Positions 39,059 to 53,696 of a stretch of 64,000 nt of DNA are shown here, piece by piece; the first letter of the stretch is position 1; each line of letters opens with the position of its first letter. The notes under the pieces are model-generated. The model ran no database searches. It saw nothing but the letters and a program-made list of their open reading frames with translations, and was not told the DNA's origin. Location of the stretch: the NCBI RefSeq assembly GCF_006345805.1, contig NC_043008.1, forward strand, positions 76,136,001-76,200,000, given 5' to 3'. The position numbers were made by a program, and so were the translations under genes. The stretch comes from Octopus sinensis. Its lineage: Eukaryota.

Positions 39059-40050
39059 GCGCACACACAGACACACACACACACACACAGATATACATAT
39101 ATGCTATTACCTCATAATCAGTTGGAATATGGGTAACGTTATATTTTTGGATAGAAATTGATGTGATATATACAAATGTGTTTGTGTATGTGCTTTCTGT
39201 AAATATTGGCGTATATATTGAAATTATTATAAATGGCAATTCATAACATGTTCGTAGGGAAATTAATGATAAACTATTTTTTCTGTATCAATTAGAAAAA
39301 AATATATTGTATAATATGAATATATCAATAGTTTTTTTGTTGTTTTGTTTTCGGTTTATATTTGTATATAAATGCTTCTTTATTCCGTAAATAATTTTAG
39401 TTTTTTTAGTAGTGCAGGAAAATTAATCATATTTCATTTACAACAATTCGTTTCACCAAATATATGGAACCTTCCATTCTACAGCCGACATCTTTATGTA
39501 TTTCAAATATTACCCAAGGATTCCTGGCTCTATATAGAAAATTACGGTGTTCTTATTAACTGATAAATTAAGATGAAGATTTTTAAAGGTGAAAAACATA
39601 GACCGTACATACTAATTTTTGAAATATGCTTTTCTATCAAGTTGTAAGGTTGGCGGAAACTGCATGATTCATATTTTTACAAGTGATATTATATTCAGGT
39701 TATATTCTTTGGATTGTTACAATATTAGACTGGCAAACGAAATGCTGATGTGAGAGAGCCAAATATACCTCGACTGCAGTATAACATGTTGAACTTAGAT
39801 TACCAGATAGAGTACTTTCCTGTATTTTGTGTTACGCATTCATATTCTCTTTTAAAACTTTTCTAGGATGAATTCACCGCTTATGTTCCCTATTTTCATG
39901 TGACATTTCTTTTCTAATTAAGATAAATAATTACGACAGAATTCCAGAAAAACTAAAGAAAAAATGTTTCTAATATTCCTGACATCATGGAAAGATTACG
40001 ATTCCTAATTATAGTCAATTAATTACAAATATTGAACAAAAATGTGCTGT
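38170..40050 (+). pseudogene. Possible second decayed BTB-BACK-Kelch relic
   Basis: FEFIY (~38182), SPNIWNLPF...DSWLY (39450-39535), DCYN and PRLQYNMLNLDYQIEYF (~39710-39820). Weak. Confidence 0.22.
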
Positions 40051-40106
40051 TACAGTCCTAGTTTATTGCAGACATGGAATACTGTTCAATAAATGTACTG
40101 AACAAG

Positions 40107-40167
<61 letters not shown>

Positions 40168-40604
40168 CACAGACAGACAGAGACAGAGACAGACAGACAT
40201 ATGGAGTGATAGATTCTTTAAAAGTTGAAAGACTAATAATTAGCTAGACAGAAAAATAGATAGACAAACACATACATGTATGCATACATACATACATACA
40301 TATATACATACATACATACATGCATGCATGCATGCATACATACATAAATACATACATATACATACGTACATATATGTAAGGAGTTTTCGTCAACTGACTT
40401 AAAGTAATAGGTATGTATTATCGTGCTCTGACTTAATGCTAAATCTCCGGTTGAACAACTAAACCTGTAGCGTTGAAACTACTTATCAGAAGTGGCTATC
40501 ATTCGTTTTTCCTTAAGGAAGTAGATAATGATTTGCGTAAAAAGGAAAGAGGAAACCGCTTGTCTACATGTGTAAATTTAGACAGATAATATAGATATAC
40601 TGAG

Positions 40605-40694
40605 CCTCTTACAGCTGTTTCTAGAATAGCCAAGCGTATGGACCATGATATTAAGTAAGGATTCTATAGGCCGAATATACCATCATCAGAAAGG
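40605..40694 (-). ncRNA. Type I hammerhead ribozyme fold
   Basis: Minus strand: stem I CCUUU/AGAGG; CUGAUGA 40689-40683; stem II UGGUAUA/UAUUCUA (6 of 7 paired, 47-nt loop); GAAA 40621-40618; C-AGCU-G with ACAGCUGU palindrome; GUA triplet, cut between 40610 and 40609. Confidence 0.78.
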
Positions 40695-40999
40695 GCGAAG
40701 TCAGAGACATGTAAACCAGAGGGAAAATCCCCAGTCGAGGATAATAGTGTATTCTAGTTTGTCAAGAATGGGGCATTGATCAGAGTAGAAAAGTAATGTG
40801 TTAGCTAGATGCATGATCAAGTGAAAATGAAACACACACTTACATTAATACATATCTGGGACTGTAAAAATCTACAATACCTTCTTAAAATTGAAACGTG
40901 ATGATCAAAACAAGATGCTTTTCTAAAGAACCGAGCTACCAAGTAGGTGGCCTGTCAAAATTTACTCTAAATTAAAAAGAGGAGAACATACACGCATAT

Positions 41000-43070
41000 A
41001 TAATTCTGTAAGCTTTAACATTGTAAAGTAGTGAAAGAAAAAGACGTATTCACATGACGCTAGTATCGTATCTTTATTGTAAAACTAATTTTACTAAACC
41101 TGTACAACTTGCACCGTACTGTTAGACTTTTCTCTGAAATAAACCTGCGTTTGTATGTCTTGAAGGGAAAATACATTTCCATTATATCACAAAATTGTTG
41201 AGTTTATCAGCATCAATACATTCAGTAGTATACATGTTCTATTAGACAGATCGTTTATTTATCAGTCAATATCTAGAATCATAATTAAGCTAGTTATATT
41301 TTATAATTACTATACGAGAATAATAACATAACATACGATAGAGGAGAGGATAAATGAATAAATCAATCTTGCGGAAGAATGTTTTTCTAGCTTTGCTATT
41401 AAAAAACAATGTTTTGGTTATTACCCATAGAGACAGCATGTAAGTCTGCCTATTTAAAGATCGTAATTTCGACATCGTTGACTTAACTTTGGTGCAGCAG
41501 AATCATGCAGTCTGTTTTAGTCAGTGTCGCTCTCTACATCAATAATCAATAACCGGAGAAAACTATACAGCAGTGTTTATTGGCAATAAGTGTGCGAGAA
41601 AGAAAGACGCAACTCCCCATAGAAAATAGGATTTGTTTCAAATAGTTTAGGACAAGGTTTCTTTACATTTCTTTACTAGAAACACTCCTTCGCGGACTTA
41701 TTACTACTACAAAAATACTTTGATATATTACTTTAAAGAGTAACTCAACATTTATAGATTGTTTTGGAATTGTTGATTCACTCAGAATTGTTGTATCCAA
41801 GTCATTCAGAAAAGTTCTGCTCCATTGAAATTAGCAAAATAAATGAATATAGAACAAAGAAACTCGACTTTCTTTTCACATTTTTAAAAAGTTTTCTGTC
41901 AAAACGTTCGATTTTTTCTTTCTTTTTTTCCAAACTAATTACAGGAAATAAATTATCAGTAACTTTTTTTCCATTTGCTATTGAATTACTTTAAATATAC
42001 AGTATCGCTTGTGTTTAATATCAGTTGGTAAAACTCAAGATAACAAATGTCAAAAACAAATGTCACCTCCTCTACAGCCTTCCATTTAAAAAGATAATTT
42101 GCTGCTGTCCACTCTATATGGTCTACAGTCTGGACTTTACATAGATGCAGATCTCTTGAATGTATTAACATTGTACAAGTAACGAATATTTACACAAAAA
42201 TTAGTGTTATTGAACACGATAATAAATGATGGCAAGAAAAGCTTTACATGGCCAAGACCTGAAGAGATTGAAGAGGCGAAATTAAACAAGGGATTACCAT
42301 GTTGCTTGTAAAGCTAAGGACTGAAATGCACGGGCTGCAGGATTCATGATTATAGCGTACAACAGATAGCTCTATATGAGATACCACTGAAAGCAATATG
42401 TAAGTGGATTACATTATAGATTAAACAAATATTAGAAACTTCTAGTACAAAAGAACGAAATCCGAAAAGGCTTCCGAGAGTGACAAAACAATTATACTCT
42501 GAGATGCTCCAGGACAGATAGTACGGGGACCAAAGATAATTCATCAGATAACGTTAAGAATGACAAGATGAAAAAAATAAATTGATAAATTGTGGAAGAT
42601 CATATATTTTGCGATACTATATGATATTAGAGTGGATAACAAGAAAATTGAGAACTTTTTAGAACACAAGGACCTAGCGAGAGAGATAAAGTAACTGTGG
42701 CAGATAAAGGAGTAAATTGTTCTTGTGGCTACTGGCAAAGATCCTGAATGCTAAGATACTGAATGATGTTGTAATTAAGACACGTTGGATATAATAATCT
42801 ACACAGATAATGACTCACATCGTGATCCAATCATTTCTCTCTGTGTCGTACTCCTAAGATGTTCCGGTACATCTCCTAATCGCATATGATATACTATAAG
42901 ATAATTCACAATTAGTATGTGAGCATCTGCTACTGCTGCTGTTGCTGAAGTATTTTATGACATTTAAGGATAAATGTACAAAAGGAGGCATAGTAAGTCC
43001 TCTAAAGAAACGTTTGTTGCAGAAATCGCCTTGCACAAAGCGTGACTAGCAACCAAAACAAAGTATATTA
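41000..43070 (-). pseudogene. Possible third decayed BTB-BACK(-Kelch) relic, interrupted by a LINE fragment
   Basis: Minus strand: VLVASH...NVSLEDLLCLLLYIYP (~43055-42968), then after the insert TAANYLF...LEFYQLILNTSD (~42110-42000) and KLFKNVK (~41880). Weak. Confidence 0.28.
42225..42760 (+). mobile_element. Very decayed R4/Dong-like fragments
   Basis: WQEKALHG, GTKD and DLAREIK.LW remnants. Confidence 0.4.
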
Positions 43071-44174
43071 CCTAACACAATAGAGAGTTCTAAGTTATAT
43101 ATTTGGAGTAGAATTGCTTGCAATACTTACTCATTCATCAAATGCCTTGCTTTGTAAAAGTTTACTATTATTTTACCTGATAATGCATGTTGTCAATGTT
43201 ATTTCTACACCAAAAAGCGTTATAAAGAGAACAGCACCACCCCCTTATTTTTGGGTTTATTTGAAATAATTTTACTTCTTTCTCTAATGCCGAAAATATA
43301 CTATATTTGATTCAACTCATTAAATCTCTACAAATGATTGTCCTCGCCCAATATCAAACGCGAAAAAAAGTACTGCAACAAAAACAATGGAAAGCTGGAA
43401 TGAATTCCTTCTAAAAGTTAGTTATCTCCATTTGAAATCAGTTGAGTTGATGCCTTGTGGAACGCAGTTTTTTTTTCTTGTGTTTCTACATAACTATTTA
43501 TTTACTAAGGATGGATATATATATATCTCCGTGATGTATGCACTTTTGTTGATACAAAAACAAAATATAGCACCCTTTGCCTGCAATCGCTTCTATATAT
43601 TTTGTGTTCACCATATGAGAATTAACTGAAGTCAACCTGAATATCTAGAAATTAAAGAACAGATTTTGGTGCCAAGGAATTACCACCGACGAATACAACG
43701 ATCAAGTTACATCACGATTCTCATTATAACGATAGGCAGATGTCTAATTCTTATAGGCAACAAACATAGCCTTTTGGAAAAACGTATATTACAGGTGGCC
43801 AAATAATAGAGATTCTTTCGGGAAAACCGTATGTAAAGATTATCTCTAAGTGCGTAAACTGAATCCACGTATTTATATGGTAGAAATGTAATTGATTAAG
43901 CTGATCCTTGTACATATCTCTTAATGGATTTATCAATCTGTGAAGTTAAGCGTCAAATTAAGATTATTTCTACTCAGGTTGATTCCAAACTTAATTCAAA
44001 CTGTGCACTAATTAGCGCAGCATTCGGCAATATCTGCGACGTTACTCAAACCTATTATATAGATCAGTACTTGTGTTAAAAACCCAGACCGTCAACAATT
44101 CCAGTATAAGCCTGGAAGGTGACCAAAAGTAAGCTACAAAGGGTTTTGATTTACGTTAATAATAATAATAATAC

Positions 44175-45300
44175 AAAGACAGGCATATTTTCAAGGGGAG
44201 ATAATAAAGAAGTTCTTAAGGCCTTCTGTCATGCCATTGCACCTACCTGAAAAACTCTGATGACTGGAAGTTAAAACTTCTCTTAAAGCACGAAAACAAG
44301 AAATCATCATCCTCAGTAACAAAACGGGCAAAGAAATATCTAAATGAATTTCAAATTCAGCAAATACCAGAAGTAGACGTACAGGAAACAAGCACAGAAA
44401 AAAGGGCATATGAAAACCCGTGCTAAAGTTGCTGCTTTAGATATTCTTACCGATAAATTGCAATAAAAACCTCTCAATTCAAAAGGGAGCTAATAAATCC
44501 GATGTTGACAAGGCACTTACCCATCAATGGTTAGAGTCTTCTGGCTTAAAATCGGAAACAGAAGGGTTTATCAGAGCAGCCCAAAGTGGGCTATAGCAAA
44601 TATTCTGCCCAATACCACAGATATGTTTGTCAGTTGTTTGATCTTAACCATCTGAGCATGCCCATTAGTGACTGACAATATGTGCAATTCTGATCACGAG
44701 CAGAGGTAGTGGGGGTACATCATAGCCATGTGACGAGAGGAATTCTTTTGGGATTCGATAATTCACTCTAGGAAACATGGGTGATTCATTCAACATCCTT
44801 AAACAACCTTTATTCAAGGAACCTTTGTACGTGTGGGTTACTCGACCATAGGAAAATTGTAAATGTGCCCACATGCAATCTCATGCGCTGTTTATCTTGA
44901 TATTAGATCATCATGTCGCGCACATATGTTTGTGATACATGAGCCTCATGATTGGTATACACGGCTTCATATTTTTTACTACCGTGTCACTTTGTTTGCA
45001 TGCATATCACTCTCACTCAATAATAATAGTAATAATAAGGTCTTGTCCTTCACCCATCCTACGACGCTGGGTGTTTCTCGACAAGTGATTGTAATAAACA
45101 TGCAGAATAATTATAATAATGGAATAAAAAATATGCGGGGCCTTAAACCAAAGACTCTTCTTGTTATTGTATGTGCCCTATGTATTAGAAAAATGGGATG
45201 CCAGAAACATATTGCAACATCCCAAGAAAACCATGTCTCACGGAAATGCAAAATATTGTCCTGACATGTACTGCCCACATCCTTAGTAAAACCCTGTTAA
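44175..45300 (+). mobile_element. Decayed R4/Dong-like copy interrupted by family C
   Basis: Starts after (AAT)n; GIFQG-like, QWLESSGLKSETEGFIRAAQ up to 44586, resumes ~45120 and ends EMQNIVLTCTAHILSKTL. Confidence 0.7.
44587..45018. mobile_element. Family C repeat
   Basis: Matches 55728-56284; followed by (AAT)n. Confidence 0.9.
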
Positions 45301-45309
45301 TTTTAATTT

Positions 45310-46540
<1,231 letters not shown>

Positions 46541-46786
46541 GCCGAAACTCCGACGATGGGATGGAAACAGTGGACCACATAATCTCTTGATGTAAGGTTT
46601 TACCAGCTGTAGATTACAAATCATGGCATGACAGAGTTGGCCAATATCTACACTGGATAATGAGTCGGCATTATAAAATCAAAACTGCTGAGAAATGGTA
46701 CAGGCAGCACCCTGAGCCTGAAACTGAGGGAGAAATTGTAAATATTCTTTTGGACTTCCCAGTATGTATAGATCGAACCATCATGC
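46541..46786 (+). mobile_element. R4/Dong-like fragment
   Basis: ETVDHIIS*C...WHDRVGQYLHW...KWYRQHPEP...ILLDFPV. Confidence 0.8.
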
Positions 46787-47723
46787 ATCTAACAAGCGCT
46801 ATGTGCAATCAGAGTGGTCTTTGCGAAAATCATATGAGCCAGGAGTTTCTAGCGTCCGGGGTAAGCCACTTTTAAACCCAGAAAATGTTCTTCTTCCCTC
46901 TCTTCACATAAAGCTTGGCCTCATGAAACAATTCGTGAAGACACTTGCCAGGAAAAGCTCAAAAGGTTTTTGAATACGTGAAGGCCAAACTTCCAAAAAT
47001 CACCGAGGCAAAACTGAAGGAGGGCGTATTCGTAGGTCCGCAGATAAAAGAACTCCTGAAGGACAACCACTTCCTCACAGCACTGGAAGAGATCGAGCTT
47101 AAAGCCTGGGAATTTTTCAGATGACTCAGTAAAAATTTCCCAGGCAACATGAGACCTCTAGAATTTAGAAATGGAGTAAAATGTCTTCTAGACTCCTACA
47201 CTGCAATGGACTGTTGGATGTCACTAAAAGTCAATTTCCTTGATTCACATCTGGACTTTTTTGCAGAGAACCTTGGATTAGTGTCTGATGAGCAAAGGGA
47301 ATGATTTCATCAAGATATTGCATTGATGGAACAACGTTATCAAGGATTTTGGAATGCAGGAATGTTAGCTGTCTACTGGTGGATGTTATACAGGGATGAA
47401 CCTGAGTCAAAACAACATAGAAAGTCCAAATGCCAAAGATGTTCGGTTGTTATGCATTTTAGTGTATTCTAACTTATTTGTACGCAATAATGTTAATTTT
47501 GTACAATAAGAAGCCATGAAATTATCGTATATTGTATTCAATATACTTTATATAGTTATGCTTTACGTATCCTATAAGTGAAAACAGCTGGTATCATTAA
47601 CATGAAAATATAACCTGATAGAGGAAATCGGACTTCAGATTCGTAATCAGCATCAAACATTAACCCAGAAAAGTCAATCAGCAACTCTGATGATCAAAAC
47701 ATGTTTCATTTTGTTGACCAGTG
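46787..47723 (+). mobile_element. DNA transposon 3' half, probably CMC-Chapaev type
   Basis: NVLLPSLHIKLGLMKQFVK, KLKEGVFVGPQIKELL, SLKVNFLDSHLDFF, SDEQ.E.FHQDI, MEQRYQG; terminus ...ttgttgaccagtg. Superfamily assignment is from recall. Confidence 0.75.
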
Positions 47724-47879
47724 TAATAATTCCGCTGTTGTGTATCTGTAATAGAGCGGATGAAACCATTGCCCATATCTCAAACGAATGCCCTAGTATT
47801 GTCCAAAACCAATACAGGTTGTGGTGACATAATCATGTCACGAAAATGCTACATTGGAAACCTTGCGAAAAGTGGGGAC

Positions 47880-49650
47880 TAGAGTGTGGCAGGACGTGGT
47901 GTATGAGCAAAAAGCGCAGAGAGTGGAGGAATCGGAGACTAACAAAATCCTCTGGGGTTTCCCAGTCCAAACAGATAAGGTGCTAGAGCATAACAGAGAA
48001 TTATAAGTATCGAGGACTATAAGAATCTGACAGAGTATTGACTATAGAAATGAAAGAGAACATTGAGAAAGAGTACATCAGAATGGCTAGGAAGTTAATA
48101 AAGTCAAAGCTAAATGGCCCGAATTTAGTGAAGGCTGTAAATACTCTGTCAATATCGCTACTTTGATATTCATCACCTTTTATATATTGGAGAAAGTTTG
48201 AGTTTCCAAATCATATCAGAAGAACCATGAAGGAACTCAGTATGAATGGAGGACTTCACCCAAGAGCAGGAGTAGCAAGATTATACTTACATAGAAAAGA
48301 AGGTAGTATAAGGTTAATATCAGTAGAAGACTGCGTGAAGTTAGCTAGAATAGATAGAACTTGCTATATAGGTAATAGTGAAATAAGTTTAAAGAGCTGC
48401 TAGAGTAACAGTAGGAGGTAGGGTAACCAAAGAATACACTGTGTAACGTGATTTTTGTCCTTGGTTTATTTTCTATTTGCATACACCTAGAAACTATGAA
48501 AAATGGATATTTCCTTCAAGCTTTGCTTTTGTCACATTTATTCAAATCCTAAACAGCCCCTTTCGACACCTGGCTATGACACTCTCCCACTACTCCTGGT
48601 CATGTTCATAGTTGCATATATTGTTAGACACGAAGGGACATGTTCAAATATTTAAGGCCATCAACTGACAAACAAATCTATGATGTGGAGCAGAATATTT
48701 GTTACAGTGATGTTTCTGCTTGAGCTACACAGGAGTCAATATGCCTGAAATGTAACGGAAAATAGGTCAGTTTCCAAACATTGATGTCCACGCCACAAAA
48801 GCAAAGTTTGAAAGGAATAACTGTCATTTTGTTGGACTTGTACATACAAGCAAATATGAAATGACACTTGCTGATCAAAGAGAACATGAAATAAAAATAT
48901 TGTTGCACAATTTTATGTGGCTAGCAAGAAAAGGCCTCACATTAAAGACTCTCAAAGACGGTTGCAGAAAATAGTAATAGTGAGACATGGTTATGGTTGC
49001 AGAAAAGAAGTATGACAAGGGGGACAGAAAGTTCGTTAGTAGCAGCACAAGATCCAGCATTGAGTAGTACTTGGATAAAAGCCAATAGAGGCTAAAACCA
49101 GGTAGATGCCCAATATAGGTTATGTAAATCTGAAACGGGAAGTGTTACTCACAAAGTAAGTGAATGTAGCATGCAGGCACCAAAAAACTACAAAAAATAT
49201 ATTGCGACATAGAGAGAACAATCCACTGGCATTTATGTAGGAAGCCAGAATTTCAACATACTGTTAAATGGTGTGAGCATGAACCTAATAAAATGCTAGA
49301 AAGTAAGAAATATAAGCTGTTGTTGAATTTTAACATTCATACTGACAGAGGAATAGAAGCTAGAAGGCCTGATTTACTAGTAGTAGATAAAGAGAATGAA
49401 AAGTGCCAGATAATTGGCTCTACTGTCCCAAATGGTGAGAAAGTCAGTTTCAGAGGAAATAAGGAAATATCAGGATCTCGCCGTTGAGTTACAGAAGTTA
49501 CGAAGAGTGGTGTATGCCTGTAGATGTAGGCGCATTAGGAACTATCCCTCAAGATTTGAACAAATGGATATAGGAAACCTAGTTTAGAAAATTTCCAGTA
49601 AACAGTGTTATTAGGGGCAGCTCGGATACTTAAGAAGATCTTCGACATCT
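47880..49650 (+). mobile_element. Scrambled older R4/Dong-like fragments
   Basis: ILWGFPVQTDKVLEHNR; KSKLNGPNLVKAVNT; LHPRAGVARLYLHRKEG; FNIHTDRGIEARRPDLLVVDKE. A reverse-oriented decayed family C piece lies at ~48545-48715. Confidence 0.75.
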
Positions 49651-49728
49651 AAGGTTACATGTAGCCCGATATCACAAATCATAATTTCCAACATTTCAAG
49701 ACTGTTTCATGCATGTGAAATAATAATA

Positions 49729-50750
49729 ACAAGAGCATTCAGAGAGCGCAAACCTCCGCCAAGGCAACACCAACGTCCTCTCAACGATTAACAGGAGATG
49801 ACTTTTAAAATGAGAGTATCAAAAATGAACTCGACTTCTCTCACGAACGAGAATGCTAAAGATGAACCCGACCACTCTAAAAAAATTAAGTAACAAAAAT
49901 ACGGAAACATAATCCAGAATCCTTGTCTGTTACCTGCTTGACCTAAATGGTAGTCATGGAATGTGAAGGTGGGTGTGCAGGCCGTGATTGTAATGCTGTG
50001 TGCGTGTCATATGCAGTAGGAACAGTGGCATTTTTTCTATGAAGGCCATTTCCATTCTATCCACTTCCTAGTATCTTTACGAACATTGAGGTCTAAAGTG
50101 AAAACTTTATCCGTGCGTGAATGAAAAGGGAAGGGACCAGCATACAGTGCTTTTAACGGAGGTTTAACAACATCGCTGCGCACAAAAAAGCGAATCAGAG
50201 AGGTAAAGCTACAAATGCAATCATCAAGTAGGTAAGAAGTTTTAAGCAGTAGCGATATATTCAAAATTGGTAAAACTGAAAACCGTTGAGAATAAATTAA
50301 ATTCATTATTGTTACTGAATATGTTAGTGTTAGTTAATTTCTCAACGGTTTTACTGCGGTTTGTTTATGTACTTTGATTCCTTCATCCAACAGTTTCTAC
50401 TAAGATAGAGACTCGACTAAAGTTAATAACAGAGAAACGAAAATAAAACTTTGGAAACAGCAACGCCGCCGTACTTCATGTAGAAACCATGAGCGTGATT
50501 TCAATGGAGATAATTAGAGAAAGACTTGAAAGTCAACGTAAGATCGTAATTCTCTATGTAAAAGAAAGTAAATTTAACAAACATTCCAGAATCCTTCTCC
50601 ATTACCGGATCGATCCCCAAATCTAATTAGTTTCATTAGTTCGTGCCAATCACGAGGCCAAACATCCCTGAAATTTTCATCCGAATCCATCCAACAGTTC
50701 TCGAGATATCTTGTCCAAGGCAAACAAAGGAACAATCACGCTTGAAAACA
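49729..50750 (+). mobile_element. Possible Helitron/Helentron-derived non-autonomous element
   Basis: Starts acaagagc; motif ccagaatcctt..ttacc recurs at ~49913 and ~50586; gaaattttcatccgaatccatccaacagttctcgagatatc resembles HINE/Helitron-N cores. Recall only. Confidence 0.25.
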
Positions 50751-50778
50751 ATAATAATGAAAATAATAACAATATTAT

Positions 50779-50943
50779 GAAGAAGAAGAAGAAGAAGAGA
50801 AGAAGAAGAAGAAGAAGAAGAAGAAGAAGAAGAAGAAGAAGAAGAAGAAGAAGAAGAAGAAGAAGAAGAAGAAGAAGAAGAAGAAGAAGAAGAAGAAGAA
50901 GAAGAAGAAGAAGAAGAAGAAGAAGAAGAAGAAGAAGAAGAAG
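50779..50943. repeat. (GAA)n microsatellite
   Basis: Directly visible. Confidence 0.97.
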
Positions 50944-51269
50944 ACACCGGGGACGTTTAACATGTGAGAACGACAAAACACTCCTCTGAAATTTATCCAA
51001 AAACATCGGAAATGAAGACATCGCATGAAGTCAAAGATAGCTGACAAAGAGTTGCACTATATCCGACTAATTAATACTCATTGAAATTTATTTCTATTTT
51101 CCAAATGAAATAATGTATTTTAACTGGATATCATCTCCACTGCTCGCACACCACATGTAAACACGCTCGACACATTACGATCTATCAACAACAGACCATT
51201 TCCGGCCCCAAACACCATGTACCAAAAAATTACAAATAAATTAAATAATACCGGTATTATTCAACCCAA

Positions 51270-53586
51270 CCCAAGAATAACAATCGGGAAGTGCGTACTT
51301 TAAACTTGTTACAAAAAAGTACGAAGAACTACACGTGCAAAACAATTTAACAACAGAAATGAACGGACCGGTGCCTTACGAAGATAATGACCGTCAAAAT
51401 AATGAGCCGTACGTTGTTCCTCATGTCCCGCAAATAAAAGTAAAAAGGCATAAATGACACATGAGGAATATATTTCAAACCTGCATGCTAATTTTACAGC
51501 AGTGCTCTACCCAAAGACCGAAAGCACAACTACATATACATATAAAATCTGGAAGAAAAAATAACCTAAATAAAGACTTGGATACAGCAATGAATCCTAA
51601 TACACTAGCTAACATACGAAGATAAATTGTCAAAAAAATATATATATCAGAAATAGAAATAGAACATTTAAAAGGTAAAATGCATAAGGAAAATGTAGAT
51701 AGTAGCCACATTGCAATGTCAAATATTACAAACACTGAGATAGTAAAACACGAAGACAGACGTAACATTTGCAACAAAAGCGAAGTAAACAACAAAAGAC
51801 AACAAAACCAGATCGTAGGAATGTATAATAATGTGCAAAAAGCACCACTACTGACAAACATATGAATGAGAAGAAAGGCGAAACTAATCTAAAATCTGGA
51901 AACAGTGAAGGGGAACCTAATGATTATGATACTATGAAAATGAGTATAATCAAAGAACAGAAAACCACAGATCTCAGACTAGACCACCGATTATACCACC
52001 CAAAAATCAAAATAGACAATAAAACAACATCAATAATAAATAGCATGAACCTGGCCGTCAGAAACAAATGTCAACATCACCGAGCTAAATGACATAAAAT
52101 ATGCAGAAGCCACTGCAGCTACAAAAGAAGCTGGATACTCCCTCAAATCCATCCAAACAGGAATACCATCACCCAAACAAACCCTGAGGATAAACAATAT
52201 CCAAAAAATAGAAAAAGTGAAAAGATCTGTCGATTCTTAACGAAATTAGTAGGTAATCAACACTACTAAGCAACAAGAAGGCAACAAAAAAACTGTGCAA
52301 ATACATTACAGAAAAAGATTTACCTGAGTTAAAAGAAAAACTAAAGCAGGATATAATTGCCAAAGCACAAAGGATCCGCCGGTATGAGAAACGCCAACGT
52401 TTCTTTGAACAAAACAAACTGTTCAAATCTGACCCCAAAGAATTCTACCAGGAAATTAGTAAAGATAAAATAGACATCAATGCAGCACCAATAGCAGAAG
52501 AAGTGGAAGAATTTTGGAAAGAAGAAGAAGAAGAAAAAGTAAAAGAAGATGAAGAAGAAATAGAAAAGTAAAAGAAGAAGAAGAAGAAGAAGAAGAAGAA
52601 GAAGAAGAAGAAGAAGAAGAAGAAGAAGAAGAAGAAGAAGAAGAAGAAGAAGAAGAAGAAGAAGAAGAAGAAGAAGAAGAAGAAACAAAAGCTATAAAAC
52701 AAATGAAATCCAAACTAAAAATAGAACAGCTACGAACCATGATAAAACGATGTCAAGAAAAGCCCCTTCATGGCAAATACTGGACTAAATTAAACGCCAA
52801 AGAAATAGACAGAGAAAAAACCCAGCAATGGTTGAGAAACTCTGGGCTCAATGCAGAGACTGAAGGATTTTTAATTGCAGCACAAGACCAAAGCCTCCCC
52901 ACCAGAAATTACAAAAATCATATAAGGAAAAGAAACATAACAAGTAACTGCAGAATATATGGCGATGGACAAAAAACAATATATCATATCTCTGGCTGCC
53001 CAGTCCTGGCTAAGAAGGAATATATTCACAAACGCGACAGAGTTGTGACCTACATACACTGGAAGCTATGCCAACCCTACGGAATACCAACAGAAAAAGA
53101 TGGTATAAGCACACACCAGAAAAGGTCACAGAAAACGAGAAAGAATCCATACTACAGGATATGCCAATATACACAGATAGAGAAATGAAGGCCAATAGAC
53201 CAGATATAGTTGGCAGAGATCATGAAGAAAAAAATGCTTTCTAATTGATGTTTTAATACCAGCATATGACAGCGTTTCTCCAAAAGAAATGGAGAAACTT
53301 TCAAAATACAAAGACCTGGAAATAGAGGTAACTCTAATGTGGAATCTAAAAACAGAAGCAACTCCTATTATAGTGGCTGCATTCGGTGTGATAAAAAATA
53401 TTCAGACAAATACATAACAAAAACTCCAGGACTTACAAATATAAATAACATACAGAAAATTGCCCTACTGGGCACTGTACACATGCTACGCAAAACACTT
53501 TCAATACAGTAACCATAAGAGCATCACAGCAAACCACAAGCGCTCGGTAGTGAAGTGAAAGTACGTTATTAAAATAAAATTTCTAA
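51270..53586 (+). mobile_element. R4/Dong-like element with N-terminal region joined to the C-terminal endonuclease via (GAA)n; RT absent
   Basis: NTLANIRR...KAQRIRRYEKRQRFFEQNKLFKSDPKEFYQE..EEVEEFWK, then (GAA)n 52520-52683, then KQMKSKLK..EKPLHG..CCHC-like..RPDIV. The 3' UTR matches 46260-46350. Confidence 0.88.
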
Positions 53587-53696
53587 ATAATGATAAAGAT
53601 GATGATGATGACGATGATAATGATAATAATAATAATAATAATAATAATGATAATAATAATGATAAAAATGATAATAATAAATAATAATAATAATAG

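Noticed and set aside
47280-47715. CUGAUGA hits at ~47284 and ~47687
   Set aside because: They lie in transposase coding sequence and the transposon end; stems are absent.
50636-51047. Poly-Arg/Ser/Leu/Phe ORFs (also 46275-46624 and 52341-52740)
   Set aside because: Frames of (GAA)n, (AAT)n and (GAT)n repeats.
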